Of a DNA stretch of 64,000 nt, positions 27,773-42,396 are shown in pieces. Made by a program: the position numbers and the translations under genes. This stretch comes from Eledone cirrhosa (taxonomy: Eukaryota): the NCBI GenBank assembly GCA_964016885.1, contig OZ024740.1, forward strand, positions 347,634,001 to 347,698,000. The letters are read 5' to 3'. The first letter of the stretch is position 1; each line of letters begins with the position of its first letter. A model generated the notes under the pieces. It was given only the letters and a program-made list of their open reading frames with translations. It did not search any database and had not been told where the DNA came from.

Positions 27773-27929
27773 AATAAACGAAGCTAAATTTTAATCATTT
27801 GACTTTTATTTAACTTTATTTTACACTACTCCGGAGTAACCAAACCAACCTGCGCACTTCGTCGAGTGCTCCAGCCTGCATACTGAGGTGTTGGTATACA
27901 ACCAACATAAACTCAATATCTATAAATAC

Positions 27930-27960
<31 letters not shown>

Positions 27961-27984
27961 ACGAAGGAGGTGTGGTAAGGAACC

Positions 27985-30031
27985 AGATGGAAGATTGTCA
28001 TAATAGACACAAAAATCTATCGATTGCTTGGATAGATTATAAAAAAGCATTTGATAGTTTGCCACACAGTTGGATTGAAAAATGTTTAGAGATTTTCAAA
28101 ATATCCCCCGTTGTCAGGAGGTTTTTGTCATTCAGTATGAGGACATGGAGAACGACACTCCTTTTGAATAGTGAAACAAAATCACTGGAAGCTGGAGAAG
28201 TTAACATTAATTGTGGAATTTTTCAGGGTGACTCTTTATCACCGCTTTTATTCTGCATCGCACTTATACCATTAAGTAAAATGCTCAATGAAACAAAACA
28301 TGGATATAGAGTCTATGACAAAACCATTAATCACCTGTTCTACATGGATGACCTGAAACTATTCGCAAAAAATGATGAACAATTGCAAGGGCTATTATCC
28401 ACTGTGAACCAGTTCAGTGATGACATTAAAATGGAGTTTGGACTGGATAAATGCGCCAAAGCAACGTTCACCAGAGGAAAGCTGCTGAAGAGTTCAGACA
28501 TTAATCTTGATCGGGGGAACGTGATAAGAGAGCTTGATCAAGAACAAACTTACAAATATCTAGGTGTTTGTGAAGGAGACGGAATCAAGCACTCGACAAT
28601 GAGGGAAAGGATAAGGAAGGAATGTTACCGCAGAGTCAGAGCAATCTTAAGAACGGAATTGAATGCAAGGAATAGGATCGATGCCATAAACACGCTTGCC
28701 ATACCAGTAGTAACCTATAGTTACAATGTCATCAACTGGTCAAGCACAGAGATCCGTAGGCTCGATACAAAAATCCGAAAATTCTTAACCATGCACATAA
28801 TGCATCACCCTAAGGCAGACATAGATAGAATATATCTCCCTAGGAAAGAAGGAGGACGTGGGTTAATCCAGTTAGACATTGCGTTGAAAACTGCAACAAT
28901 TGGATTATCCACATATCTAAGGGAATCACATGATTGGATGATCAAACTCGTTTTGAAACACGAAAGCACCAAAAGATCATATTCCATTACAGAAGATGCA
29001 CAAAGATACAGTAATGGACTACAAATTTCAGAAGTCCCATTTACTGCTGAAATGGAAAACACAGAAAAAGCAAAGCAGGTAAAAGTAACTGCAAAGAAAG
29101 AACTGCTACAGAAACTGGCTAAGAAATGGCAAGAAAAGCCTCTGTATGGAAAATACCCAGAGCGAGCTAACAATCCTGATGTTGACAAAACTTTAACCCA
29201 TCAGTGGTTGGCATCCTCTGGACTGAAATCGGAGACTGAAGGACTGATTATATCCGCACAAGATCAGTGTCTGCCAACAAAAAATTACCAAGCCAACATA
29301 ATAAAAAATGGGTGCAGCCCATTATGCCGTGTATGCAAAAAACAACCAGAGACCATTGACCATATAATTTCAATGTGCAGTCCTATAGCTCCAACTGAAT
29401 ACCTAAACAGGCATGACAGAGCTGCACAATACATACATTGGATAATGTGTAAGCATTTTGACCTGCCCCATCAAAAGAATTGGTGGGAGCATCAACCACC
29501 TCCCATACTTGAAAAAGATCACATCTCAATCTTGTGGAACTTTAGCATCCAAACAGACCGAAAAATAGATGCAAATAGACCTGATATAATATTGAAGGAC
29601 TTTCAAAGGAGGGTATGCCTGCTAATTGATATGTCTGTTCCAATAGACAAGAATGTATCTATAAAAACATTTGAAAAATTGAGCAAGTATAAGGACCTGG
29701 AGATAGAAATTGGAAAAATGTGGAAATTGAGAACTAAAACAATACCAGTGGTTGTAGGCGCTCTGGGAATGATACCTAAGGGGTCTAACGACTACTTATC
29801 GCAAATCCCAGGAAACCCGCGTATAGGAGAAATACAAAAGATAGTACTAATGGGAACTGCCCATATACTAAGGAAGATCCTGTCAATATAAGTACATCAC
29901 AAGTCTAAACACTAAGGATGCATGTGTGAATATGTGTGTTCTTTCTTGAACATGGCGGACCTTGTTGTCTCTTGAGGTCACTGGTTGTGACTTGGTGATA
30001 ACTCGTATAAACATAAAGCAAGATAAATGCA

Positions 30032-30072
<41 letters not shown>

Positions 30073-30080
30073 TAATAATA
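27985..30080 (+). mobile_element. 5'-truncated R4/Dong-like non-LTR retrotransposon (RT + CCHC + REL endonuclease)
   Basis: Uninterrupted frame to the stop at 29891, with WIDYKKAFDS, QGDSLSP, YMDD, EGGRGL, CRVC..H..C, RHD, RPD and K..KY.DL motifs, then a (TAA)n tail. Confidence 0.92.
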
Positions 30081-30300
30081 ATGTTTTCTTTATTAACCAC
30101 AAGGGTTTACATAAAGTAGACATTAAGGACAGTACAGGACAATACAGGACGGTACAAATGGGCATTTCTGCGTATAAAAAAACAGAGGTTGAAATAAAAT
30201 AACAAAGAAAAATTCCCCAATAGGGGGGAGACTTCCGAGGGACATTTGTGGAGAAAGCCCATTAAAAGACCACTGTGGTCTTTTAATGGGCTTTCTCCAC
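30062..30300 (-). mobile_element. Inverted copy of an L1/Tx1-like 3' UTR ending in a snap-back hairpin
   Basis: Reverse complement of ~31935-32148. Perfect hairpin at 30248-30300 (gtggagaaagcccattaaaagacca..tggtcttttaatgggctttctccac). Confidence 0.85.
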
Positions 30301-30353
30301 AATAGTGATAATAATAATAAAAAGAAAAAGGGGAAGAAAAATTAATTTTCATG

Positions 30354-30783
30354 TACTTGTTCATTCAGAGAAGAGAGTTCATTACTCTGTCGATCCTTCT
30401 CTGCTTATAACTTTGTTGTGACTGGTAGTAGTAGAGGGTAGAAGAAGGAGGGGAGACGAGAAGAAGGAGAGGTGGAGGAGGCAAGGGTTAGTTGTGTTGG
30501 CAGACTGGTGTGAGAGACCTTTCAGGAGTTTCTGCTGAAGATAGAATGGGCATTCCAGTGGCAAAATTGTCTCCATTCCCCTAAATCTGAAATTTCTGCT
30601 AGGGATGGAATGAGTATTTCAATAACTCTGAATCTTCTTTATGGCAAATAAATAAGGTCAATGTTGATGAATTCTTCCAACTAAAAATCCTTCTTTTACC
30701 CTCTCCTACTACCAGTCACAATCAAGCTATCAGCAGAAAAGGATGGAAAGAGAAATGAACTCTCTTCTCTGAATGAACATGTA
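30354..30783. repeat. Diverged inverted repeat (~95-bp arms), MITE-like or inverted pLTR-like
   Basis: gttcattcagagaagagagttcatt...gtgactggtagtag versus ctactaccagtcac...aatgaactctcttctctgaatgaac. Confidence 0.7.
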
Positions 30784-30811
30784 TGTTTTTATTATTATTA
30801 TTATTATTATC

Positions 30812-32148
30812 ACCCAGAAATGGGCAGAGAGGAAGCTATCCCTGAAAGGTCGAGCGGAGGTGGCGAATATGTACATCGCATCCGTCATCTACTACCGCCT
30901 GACCGTCGTGCCTTGTCCTAATCCTCGCCAGACTGCACTGGAGCGTTTGTTCTTTCGCTTTTTGTGGAAGGGACGCGCTCCGATGGTCAAGCGGTCCATC
31001 TGCTGTCAACACCCGCTACGTGGAGGGCTGGGCCTGTCGTGGCTGATGATGCGCAGACACGCGCTCAGGCTACAAAATCTCCACCTCTTCCTCGACGGTG
31101 ATCAGGTGTGGTCGCCGTTTGCTAGACGCGTATTTCCCCAGCTCGTCTCCTTTACGGAGCTGCAGTCCTGGGTCAAGCGAAGACCGAGAGGGAGCGCTTG
31201 GAGACTGGAATGTCTTCAGGCGCTCACAGCCCTCGACCAGTCGGGCAATTTAATCGGTGGAAACTCCACCTTGGCGTTCTATAGAGGAATAGTGGAGGGG
31301 AAGAGCGACGACATACTTGGGGAAACTCTAGGCGTCGACGAAAATTAACTTGCCAATCCCTTCGGAAGAACTTTCGGGCCGGGGCCTATCGACAATTTTA
31401 AGAAATCCCTGGCCTGGCAGTGCTACTGAGGTGCTTTGCCAGTTCGGGATAAACTCTACATGCATGGAAGTGCCGTCAGCCGGGCATGTCCGAGATGCGC
31501 GCAGGGCGAAGAAACCGTCTTGCATGCACTCGTCCAGTGTCCGAGCATTGCTGACTTGTGGGTTTATGTCAAACACCTACTGTCGCGTGTAGAACGGATC
31601 CGGCTATCAGCTGAGTCCATCGTGAGGATTGCCCCGCCCCCTTCCTTTAGCCGGGAAGGGGAGGCAGTTTTTATCTGTCTGGTGGCCATGGCGAAAGAGA
31701 TAGTATGGTGGACGCGTCTGAAAGGGCTGAAGACGAGCGCTTACCTCTTCGGTGATGCCCTGATTAACTTTTTCAAATTTCATTTGAAAAGAAAAATCAG
31801 GGTAGAGAGGGAAGTGCTCTCTTCCCAGCATTTTGTTGAAAGATGGGTGAGAAGCAAGAATGGCCCGAGTGAATGGGCCTACTCTGCCTGTAAATTGAAG
31901 GTGGAAAACTTGCCCTGCTGACCAGGGTCACCGTGGCTTTTTTAATGGGCTTTCTCCACGATGGCCCTCGGAAGTCAACCCCCTATTGGGGAATTTTTCA
32001 TTGTTCTTTTTTTTGTTACATCCTCTCTTTTTGTTTTTTTACACGCAGAAATGCCCATTCGTACCGTCCTGTATTTTCCTGTACTGTCCTTAATGTCTCA
32101 CTTTGTGTAAACCCTTGTGGTTAATAAAGAAAGCATTATTATTATTAT
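30812..32148 (+). mobile_element. L1/Tx1-like LINE 3' fragment (post-RT region, CCHC knuckle, 3' UTR)
   Basis: Motifs WAERKLSLKGR, GGLGL and CPRC..EETVLHALVQC. AATAAA and an (ATT)n tail. Homologous to 37005-37545. Confidence 0.9.
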
Positions 32149-32168
32149 TGTCACTATTTGTACAAATA

Positions 32169-32290
32169 TGCAACATAACACTATTCTGCATATCCGCAAT
32201 TGACATGCAACTTAACACTATTCTGCATATCCGCAATTGACATGCAACTTAACACTATTCTGCATATCCGCTATTGACATGCAACATAAC
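32169..32290 (+). repeat. 37-bp minisatellite, ~3.3 copies
   Basis: Unit tgcaacttaacactattctgcatatccgcaattgaca. Confidence 0.9.
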
Positions 32291-32539
32291 CCTAACGCCT
32301 GAGCTCTTGCTGTTTAAGACTGAACTGGAATTAGGTGTTGAAACGGCAAGAGCTCCGCCGTTGGGTCCCGACACTTTACAATGTAATCATAAACTACTAC
32401 ACTAAGTAGCGAGTAATCTGTTAAGTAATGGTCTAACCAGTTTCATATTGGATCCAACCTGATATCTATCTATCTATCTATTTATCTATCTATCTATATC
32501 TAACTATATATAATATATATATGTTATATATATGTAGAT

Positions 32540-32677
<138 letters not shown>

Positions 32678-32708
32678 ATATATAAATATATATATATATA
32701 TTATATAC

Positions 32709-32827
<119 letters not shown>

Positions 32828-33164
32828 TGTCTTACGGTATTCGTGGGGTTTACGTTCTTGGAGCACCCAGAAAGAATGAAAAACAGCGAATATTGGACGC
32901 GGTCCATAAAATGCCTATAAACATCACAATATAACGTATAATTAAAATGAATGTGGTGGCGTCTTATGCAAAGGGGCGGCCAATAGACCGGTATATTGTT
33001 ATTAATAATTGAGCGGTAAAATATATATATATTGCCACGAAAATAAACATTAAAAAATTGCGGATGATATTTATGGCTCCACGAAAAACCGGGACCGCGA
33101 TTGCCAGATGTACGCAGTATATATATATGTAGATATTATATACACACACACACACACATATATA

Positions 33165-33213
<49 letters not shown>

Positions 33214-33216
<3 letters not shown>

Positions 33217-34220
33217 AGGGTGTTAAAGTTTGCTTGAAGCATTGTGAAATGTGTAAAATACGTATTTAAGAAAGCCACAACAATGCAGAGGGAAATCTCG
33301 AGGTAGGAAGTGAAAGATAGATAGGAAAAACAGGTGAAAGTGAAAATTGAGAGAGACAAAGATGAAAACAAAACAAAGGTAGAAGGGTTACCGTAGTAGA
33401 GATTTAATCCCAATATTTCGGGCTCACGCCCATCAACGGGGGAAAGTTCCAAAAGGGGGGGAACAGGCCAAGCGGAGAAAGTTGTGATGTCGTTAAGACA
33501 GGAATGCCGTTATGGGGAGAAAATTATTTAAAATTTAAACGAGGGAAAGAATGCGCGTGCGCGTGATAGGCTGTGGCAAAAGCTACTGACCAAATGGGTT
33601 AAATCAAGAGGGTGCGCTAGCGTGTGAAAGCCGTAAGATATGTGTGTGTAAATATATATGTGTGTGTAACTGTGTGTGTATAAGTGTAAGTGTGTATATG
33701 TGTGAGTGTGTGTGTGAAAGATAGTGGGCTGTAGAAGCTGGAAATCAAAGGGTGTGAAAGGTGGTAGGTTGTAAAACATGTGTGCGTGTATAAATATAGA
33801 TGTGTGTGTGTAAGCGTATGGGTATACATGTGTGTGTAACTGTGTGTGTATATGTGTGAGTGCGTTTGCGTGTGAAAGATAGTGGGCTGTAGAAGCTGGA
33901 AATCAAAGGGTGTGAAAGGTGGTAGGTTGTAAAAATATGTGTGCGTGTATAAATATAGATGTGTGTGTGTATGCGTATGGGTATGCATAAACGTGCGTGT
34001 GTGTGAAGATAGCAGGCCGTAGGCTGTGAATGGTCATTATGGTTAAGTTAGCCATGTCAGCTCATTTCTCTCAGCCCGGTTGTTAAGTGGGGTCTGAGGT
34101 TCTTAATAACAAGTGCTTCCTTTATCCTTAAGGATCCGATGCTGCGTTCAGTCGCTAGGACTGTGACCAAGGGTCTACCCTGTGGGTTTCCGCATTTAAG
34201 GATGTGTTTACGGAAGGAAT
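33214..34220 (-). mobile_element. Penelope-like 3' fragment with a degenerate hammerhead
   Basis: The minus strand encodes a GIY-YIG C-terminus (..KHILKC..LRIKEALVIKNLRPHL). At 33409-33442 the minus strand reads CCGTTGA-tGGGC-GTGA-GCCC-GAAA. Inserted into a (TA)n tract. Confidence 0.75.
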
Positions 34221-34398
34221 ATATATATATATATTACTTTGATTATTTTACTATCTAACTGTCATGAAATAGTAAATTAATAGTTACTTTTATATTTTTC
34301 AAAAATATTTATTTTGTATGTGTGTGAGTGTTTGTAGTCGCTTGTGTGTGACCATGGGCATGTAATCATGTTACCGTTTGTTGCTTTTTTTATTACAG

Positions 34399-34447
34399 TG
34401 GCAGAACACCGACGAATGTAGTAAAGAAACATGATGGTCGTTGCTAG
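34399..34447 (+). CDS. Kazal gene 1, exon 3, upstream duplicate (SGRTPTNVVKKHDGRC*)
   Basis: ttttttattacag| acceptor, phase 2, supplies the sixth Cys. The 3' UTR is cut at 34483 by the LINE, before the AATAAA. Confidence 0.8.
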
Positions 34448-34483
34448 ATGTAAGGCCTGCCAATATCTGTGAACACTTTCGAA

Positions 34484-37400
34484 ATTAAATTTTCACAGGA
34501 CGTGGGCAACCCCTGCCACAAACCCATCAACCGCGTCCTGTTGAAAGGTTTCCCCACTCCACCCAACACCCCATCCAGCACCCAAATGGAGATTGAACAA
34601 CCCGATCTCCAGGAAACGAAAAGGTAAGTGCACCTTTCGTCCTTTTTCTCCAACTTTTCTTCACCAACATGGCTGGTTTACGAGTTGGAACCGTGAATGT
34701 ACGTGACCTAGGGATGCCCTGGAAACAGGGCCAACTTTTAAACGACCTTAGGTCACACAGTATGGATGTGATAGCCATCACCGAGTCCAGAATCCACAGC
34801 AGGCAGCAACTAACCCCCATCTTCGACGACTTTGAGATCTACGCATCTCTCTGTCAGCCAGGAGGTGGAGGTGGAGTGGCTGTTATGTTTCGGAAGAACC
34901 TGGACGTCGGAGTACAGCAAGTACACTTGAACCCGGAGGGTAGACTGGTAGTCCTAGACGTGAACAGTATCGGAGGTGGAGCCTTCAGACTGGTGGCCGT
35001 TTATGCCCCGACCGGGCAATCGCAATCACGGCCAGACTTCTTTAAGCGTCTAGAGTCTTTTCTGGGAACGTCTCGCTCCTTACTTTTAGTGGGGGACTGG
35101 AATGGTATCCTAGATGCACGATGGGACTATGTGGGAGCATGTCCCAGTAGAGCGGGATGCAACAGCCTCAAAACTTTAATCGGCCAATTCCAACTGGCCG
35201 ATAGGTATCGACTGGATTTCCCGACTGCACCACAGTGGACGTGGGTAAACCGCAGTGGGACATCTAGATCGTATTTAGATAGGTTCTTCATTAGAGAAAG
35301 GGACAAGGATATGTTAAGCTGTCCACGAATGCACATGGTTGCCTATTCAGATCACAAGTTAGTCGTCTGCTTAGTCAACCGTGATAGAATACATAGACAG
35401 GGTCCCGGATACTGGAAGCTGAACGTGTCGTTGCCGGCACGTAAAGCTTACAGTGAACGGATAAGTAAACTCGTCAAGCAACAGTTAACGGGAGCCATCG
35501 TCAACAATAGATGGTGGTACTCTCTCAAGAAAGCAATTAGAATAGAATCGATAGGGTATAGCAGAGAGTTAGCCTTAGAGAAAAACAGAATAGAAAGAGA
35601 ACTAGAAGCCAAGGTAGAGGAGGCACTTAGAAGTGGCAACGCGGCTAGAGTGTTAGCGTCGAGAACGGCACTGGACCAGTTCTTCGATGCGAAACACGAA
35701 GGCTGCGTGGTCAGAAGCAAAACCCGTGCTCTAGGAAACGAAGGAGCGAAAGCTGTCAGCTGGGCCCGAGTGGCGAAGGCAAAAAGTGGCAACAAGTCCA
35801 CGATTCGGTCTTTGAAAGACCAAAACGGACGCGTGCTACTTGACCGCAAGCAAATGTGCGCGGCCTTTCAGCGGCACTTTGCGCGACTGTTTGAGCAGAA
35901 CGACGGTGAGCCGAACGGGGCAATGGACTTTAGTTCATACCTCGACGGCCTGCCGCGTCTCTCGAACACGGACGCCGAGTTCTGCGAAAGACCGATCACG
36001 GACACTGAGATACGGGACGCTCTGGGCCGCTGCGGGAAACGCAAGTCACCCGGTCTAGATGGTCTACCCTACGAATTTTACATAGGCATGCCGGACTTGT
36101 TCTCTGGCGTCCTCGAAGCCGTCTACTGCAATTGGCAGCAGAACTGGAGAATTCCCAGTTCTGCAGGCAAGGGCGTAGTAACGCTGATCAGGAAAGACGA
36201 GAACAAGGGGGACGAAATTAACAACTTCAGGCCCATAACTCTGCTCAACACAGAGTTAAAGATTTTGGCCAAGGTGGTAGCGACGAGGTTGGCGCTTGTC
36301 GTAGAGAACCTGGTAGGGAAAGCGCAAACGTGTGCAATCCCGACCAGGTCCATACACGACAACTTCCACCTCATGCGATACATCATAGAGAGGGTGGGTA
36401 GTAAACCCGGCTTCGGTGGGGCTCTGATCAACTTGGATCAGTCTAAGGCATTCGATAGGGTCGACCATCGATACTTGGAAGCGGTTCTCAAGGCGGCCGG
36501 TTTCGGTCCCGTGTTCAGAGGATGGATCGAGGCGATGCACACCAGCATCTGCTCGAGGGTCAAGGTGAACGGCTACCTATCGGAGCCGTTCGCAATCACG
36601 CGTTCCATTCGACAGGGATGCCCTCTCTCCTCCATTCTGTATGTATTGACTCTAGAGCCACTACTGCGGAAATTGGAGCTGTTGCAGGGCATCCCCCTAG
36701 AACCGGGACTGCGCAAAGCGGCGTCGGCTTATGCCGACGACGTGACAGTAATGGTGTCGAGCACCTCGGAAATCGGGGTGATCGGCAACATACTGAAAGA
36801 ATACGAAACGCTGACGGGAGCAAAACTAAACCCAGACAAGTCTGTCGGTTTGCAACTCGGTACGTGGAGAGGCAAACCGATGACATCCGACAGCGTCGTT
36901 GGACGCTGGACGGACGGACCGGTGAAATTGCTCGGGGTCTGGTTCGGTCCAGACCTCCAGGTGGAGAAAAGCTGGAACGAGGTCACGGCCAAGGTGTTTG
37001 CACTCACTCAGAAGTGGGCAGAGTGCAAACTGTCCTTGAAAGGTCGAGCGGAGGTGGCGAACACTTTCATAGCGTCCGTCATCTACTACCGCTTGACTGT
37101 CGTGCCTTGTCCCCGTGAACACCTCGCCAAGATGGAACGCATGCTCTTCCAGTTTCTGTGGAAGAAGCAGGCTCCGCTGGTGAGGAGATCCGTCTGCTGT
37201 CAGCACCCTTCCAACGGAGGGCTGGGAATGCCGTGGCTGATGATGCGCAAACATGCGCTGAGGCTGCGGTATCTCCAGGTATTCCTCACCGACCCCCAAC
37301 CGGTGTGGGCACCGTTTGTGAGACAGGCTTTCCCACAGCTCGTCTCGCTAACGGAGCTGCAGTCCTGGGTGAAGAAAAGACCGAAAACGATGGGCGCCTG

Positions 37401-37700
37401 GCACATTGAATGCGCTCAGGCGCTCACAGTCCTCTGGCAAGCGGGCGCAGCAATCAGTGGAGACTCCACTTCGACATTCTATAGAGGGATTGTACGTTAC
37501 AAGGGCGACGACGTGCTCGGAGAGACTCTGGGCGTCGAAGACGGGGTATTAAACAACCCATTTGTGGCGCCTCCCCCCTATTGGGGATTTCGATTGTTAA
37601 AATTGTTTGTTTTTATATTTTTTACACGACTGTATGTAAAATCCCCGGCATGTCTTTGTATTGTCCCCTTTCTTGTTGCGCCCTTGTGGCTAATAAAGAA
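34484..37700 (+). mobile_element. L1/Tx1-like LINE: end of ORF1, open ORF2 (APE+RT) with an internal 3' deletion, and 3' UTR
   Basis: ORF from 34669 with GTVNVR, VYAP, GDWN, SDH, WKLN, SPGLDG, QGCPLS and YADD. Homology to 30812-32148 stops near 37545 and jumps to the 3' UTR. AATAAA at 37692. Confidence 0.93.
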
Positions 37701-38558
<858 letters not shown>

Positions 38559-38571
38559 GTTGAGATATATA

Positions 38572-38594
38572 AATAAAAAGAATGAATAAATAAA
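38572..38594 (+). terminator. Polyadenylation signals (AATAAA cluster) of Kazal gene 1
   Basis: AATAAA at 38572 and ~38585, followed by a T-rich tract. Conserved in gene 2. Confidence 0.7.
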
Positions 38595-40077
38595 CTGCTT
38601 TTGTTCTTTCTAAATCTAAGTAAAATTTATCTATTTGCAAATTGCGTTTAAAATATCATAAAGAAATGCGTTAAAGGACAAATAAAATGGAAGATAGAAA
38701 TGTGGGATGGGAAAGCTCTACGTTCTTGGACAAGTTGACAAAAGCGTTGCTTTGGAGAAAATTTAAGAGAACCAACTTCATCAGCTATTTCACCTCAGGA
38801 AACTCCTTACTCAGTTATGGTGCACTCGTTCCAATATTGCGGGGTAAACAACTGTCCGGGAACATCAAAGAGATCAATGGCGGCTTGCACAAAAATGAAA
38901 TGGTCAGTTAATGCCTAATATGTATTGAGCCCCTCCCCCTCTTTGTTGTGAACTCTAAATTTGGGTCCGAAGTGATTAGAGTTGCATTGAAGAGATGGGA
39001 CATTCTAGGTGAGAGATTTACCTCCCTGAAACGGGTAAATGGTAGTCTCATTAAGCCAAGACACACGGTAACTCGGATATGAGTTTACTCAACGTGAAAT
39101 ATGTGAAGTAAACTGGAAAGTGGTATCTGAGATATTTAGAGTATTCTGACAAGAGAAATACAGCAAAGTTAAAGTAAAATTCAGGTTCCATATTAGGAGA
39201 CATTATAACACCAAATAAAGACAGCGTCGTATTATAACAAGGAATAGATGTAACAAAACAAAAAAAGTATCAGTGGGGTTAATTGAAATTACGAATCCTT
39301 TTGTGTCGTTGATGATAGAATGTGTACATAATCAGGCAACATACATACATACACGATGGCTGCAAACTCTGCTAAGAGTATTACAATCGCATGTCAGATT
39401 ACAGAGTTCATTGCACTTTTAGGCTACGGTCAGCCATACGAACCCGTAACAGATTCTCAACAAGTCAAGCCTGTGCTTTGAAGGTTTTTTTAAAGTAAGT
39501 AAAGGCTTGTACTCGACCAATCCCCCTCTCTGAGCATCGAAAAAACTACCCGATAAGGAGAACTGGTCAACATCATCAGATGCTTCCGAAGCTGCAGATT
39601 TGTTTTCAGAGTTTCCCTCTCTTAAAAAGGTGTTGTGACAACAACTGGGGATGTTACACTCCTACGAGAAAAAAAAGTACTAGTTGGATGGCCGTTGACA
39701 ACAAATATCCCCCTGCTCATCAAACAAGCTTGGTGAGGTTGCCGTATTAGTCGCCGACGTCCCAACCATGAGACAGGTAGTACTGGGTTACATGTTACTA
39801 GTAGCACTCGAGAGAGACCTGATATACATACACACACTCACACACACACACACACACACACATACAATGGGAGATTAATTCTGGTATAAATTTGATACTT
39901 GAAAAGAGAAAAAATCATGACAATATTAAACAAAAACCAAAGAAAGAAACTCTACTAACGAGGATATCGTTGGAGACGTCTACGACCAATTAAAAACCCT
40001 ATATTTTGTGTAAACAAGAACAAAACAACTACACTCCTCATCAACAGAGAGAGAGAGGGGAGGGAGAGAGAGAGAGG

Positions 40078-40143
<66 letters not shown>

Positions 40144-40519
40144 AAATAGAAATGTATCACTTATGATGTCACAGATGTTTACGAAAGAACTCTGAGAGAC
40201 TATATTTATATCGATATTTACTCATTTAACGATAAACATCGATTGCTAGCTGAATTAACCATAGAGATATTAAATATACTGAATCGAAACCCAGCCCAAA
40301 CCAAACAGTAAGTGTGTTTCAATATATATTTCTTGCAATATTATAACAACATCACCCTCCCCAAATATAACAATATTTGTTTCAATATATTTGTTTCAAC
40401 GATTTCATATCAAAAACCTTGCAAAACAAATTCATCGCCGATATTTGGAGAGAGTGCAAGTAAAACTCTTCAATACAAGTTGATCACCCTGACACAAGAA
40501 TTGAGAGTTGTCAGCGAGA

Positions 40520-40900
40520 AACTCCGATATCAGAACAGAGTTATTGGAAGGAAATCAGTCTATAGATCTGAGATGCAAATCAATAAACCTCAATGAGACA
40601 ACCAAGGAAATAGATTTATTCTAGAGGAAATATGGGGTGAGAAAAAGAATGTCAACCAAGATACAATGTGGTTAAAAGATCTCCGAACGAACTATTAGCC
40701 CTGGATTATACCAAACATTTACAGCATCATGATACACTTGGGTCTGTGTCTGAAAATCTTCGTGATAACAAAGCACCAGGAAGAGATTTAATTGTCGGCT
40801 ATTGGTACGAAATGTGACTTTCTATCGGGTGTATCTTATCAACCTCTACCAATAAACTATCTATGTTTGATATTTGCAGAGATGAGATTGATTCTCCAAA
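40520..40900 (+). mobile_element. Old, degraded R4/Dong-like RT remnant (duplicated at ~62400-62830)
   Basis: Residual NKAPGRDLIVGYWY-like motif. Confidence 0.45.
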
Positions 40901-41108
40901 ATAAAAATACCTACTTAGCAACTCGACTCGTGACCACATACATGGTGAAGAAATTATAATAAGGCTACAGGCAGGCCAAAGGGATTGCTAGAAATAGCAG
41001 CTCGTTTGGTCTAAAATAAGGCAGTTCTACTAAAATATAATGCTAGTAGCAGAAGTACTTAAGATTTTGATTAATAAATATTGACGTTTTTTTACACTTG
41101 AATTAGTG

Positions 41109-41142
<34 letters not shown>

Positions 41143-41162
41143 CATATATATATATATATATA

Positions 41163-41237
<75 letters not shown>

Positions 41238-41399
41238 CAAAGGAATTGTGGTAAGGAACAGCACACCAGAGTACTCAATACTTAGGGTAGTAGAGTGAGA
41301 AATAGGAAAAAGAATGACCCCGACGGCAGAGCTCAAGCTGTTTCGACGGCTATTTCTGGACTCAAATAGTCCATAAATCGTCGTCGAAACGGCTATTAT

Positions 41400-41520
41400 T
41401 GGAAAAGGCAGAGCAAATCTCTTAGCCTCTGCATGTAGATGTGAAAATCAACGTTGAATTTCCTCTTGCATCCAAAAAAGGGGTTCACCTATTTTGGAAA
41501 ATCTAATTTTGATCATGTCT
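41400..41520 (-). mobile_element. Internal fragment of the hAT transposase
   Basis: Matches ~43955-44073. Confidence 0.8.
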
Positions 41521-41625
41521 GTATAGTATATTTAATAAAATAGTATGTTTATTTAAACATATTTTGAAGAGCATTCGCTATGAGTTTTTAAGTAGTGACT
41601 ATCTCACTTTCATAGTCTTGGCGAA

Positions 41626-41687
<62 letters not shown>

Positions 41688-41702
41688 AATACATATATAT
41701 AA

Positions 41703-41782
<80 letters not shown>

Positions 41783-41789
41783 TCTTCAT

Positions 41790-42361
41790 CTTAACATGCT
41801 AACCATACTCCCACACACACAACACCCATACACACACATAACAACCCCCATACCCACAACTTCCTCCCCATTTCTACTAATAAAACCACTTTCCTACACA
41901 CACACAAAATATATATTCTCTCCATCTTAACATACTCGCACACACACACATAACACCATACACACAGACACACAACTCCCTCCCCCATTTCTACTAATAG
42001 AATCATCTTCCAATACACACATACACACACACACATACACACACACAAGCACACAAATAAACATACATATCTTCACTTCAATAGAACTTCTGAACTCTGA
42101 CACCCCAGCGAACTAACCATATTCACTGAACCAGAACAATTCTCCCAATCCCATTTCTCTTGACCACTATCTTTCCATTGTCATAACATTCGCTATAAAG
42201 GCTACATAATAGTTTTCCAAATAAGGGCGCAAAAATGTAATGAAAACTTGTTCACGTGACAGCCAAATTTCATTTATAACCAATCAAATCACGTTTATTA
42301 AAAAAAAGCCTTCGTGAGCCACCTTTTTTTAAAGTAAAGAAATTCAAACACACACACACAC

Positions 42362-42396
<35 letters not shown>

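Noticed and set aside
27888-27985. N-terminus of the 667-aa ORF
   Set aside because: The frame is open by chance through (TA)n upstream of a 5'-truncated retrotransposon.
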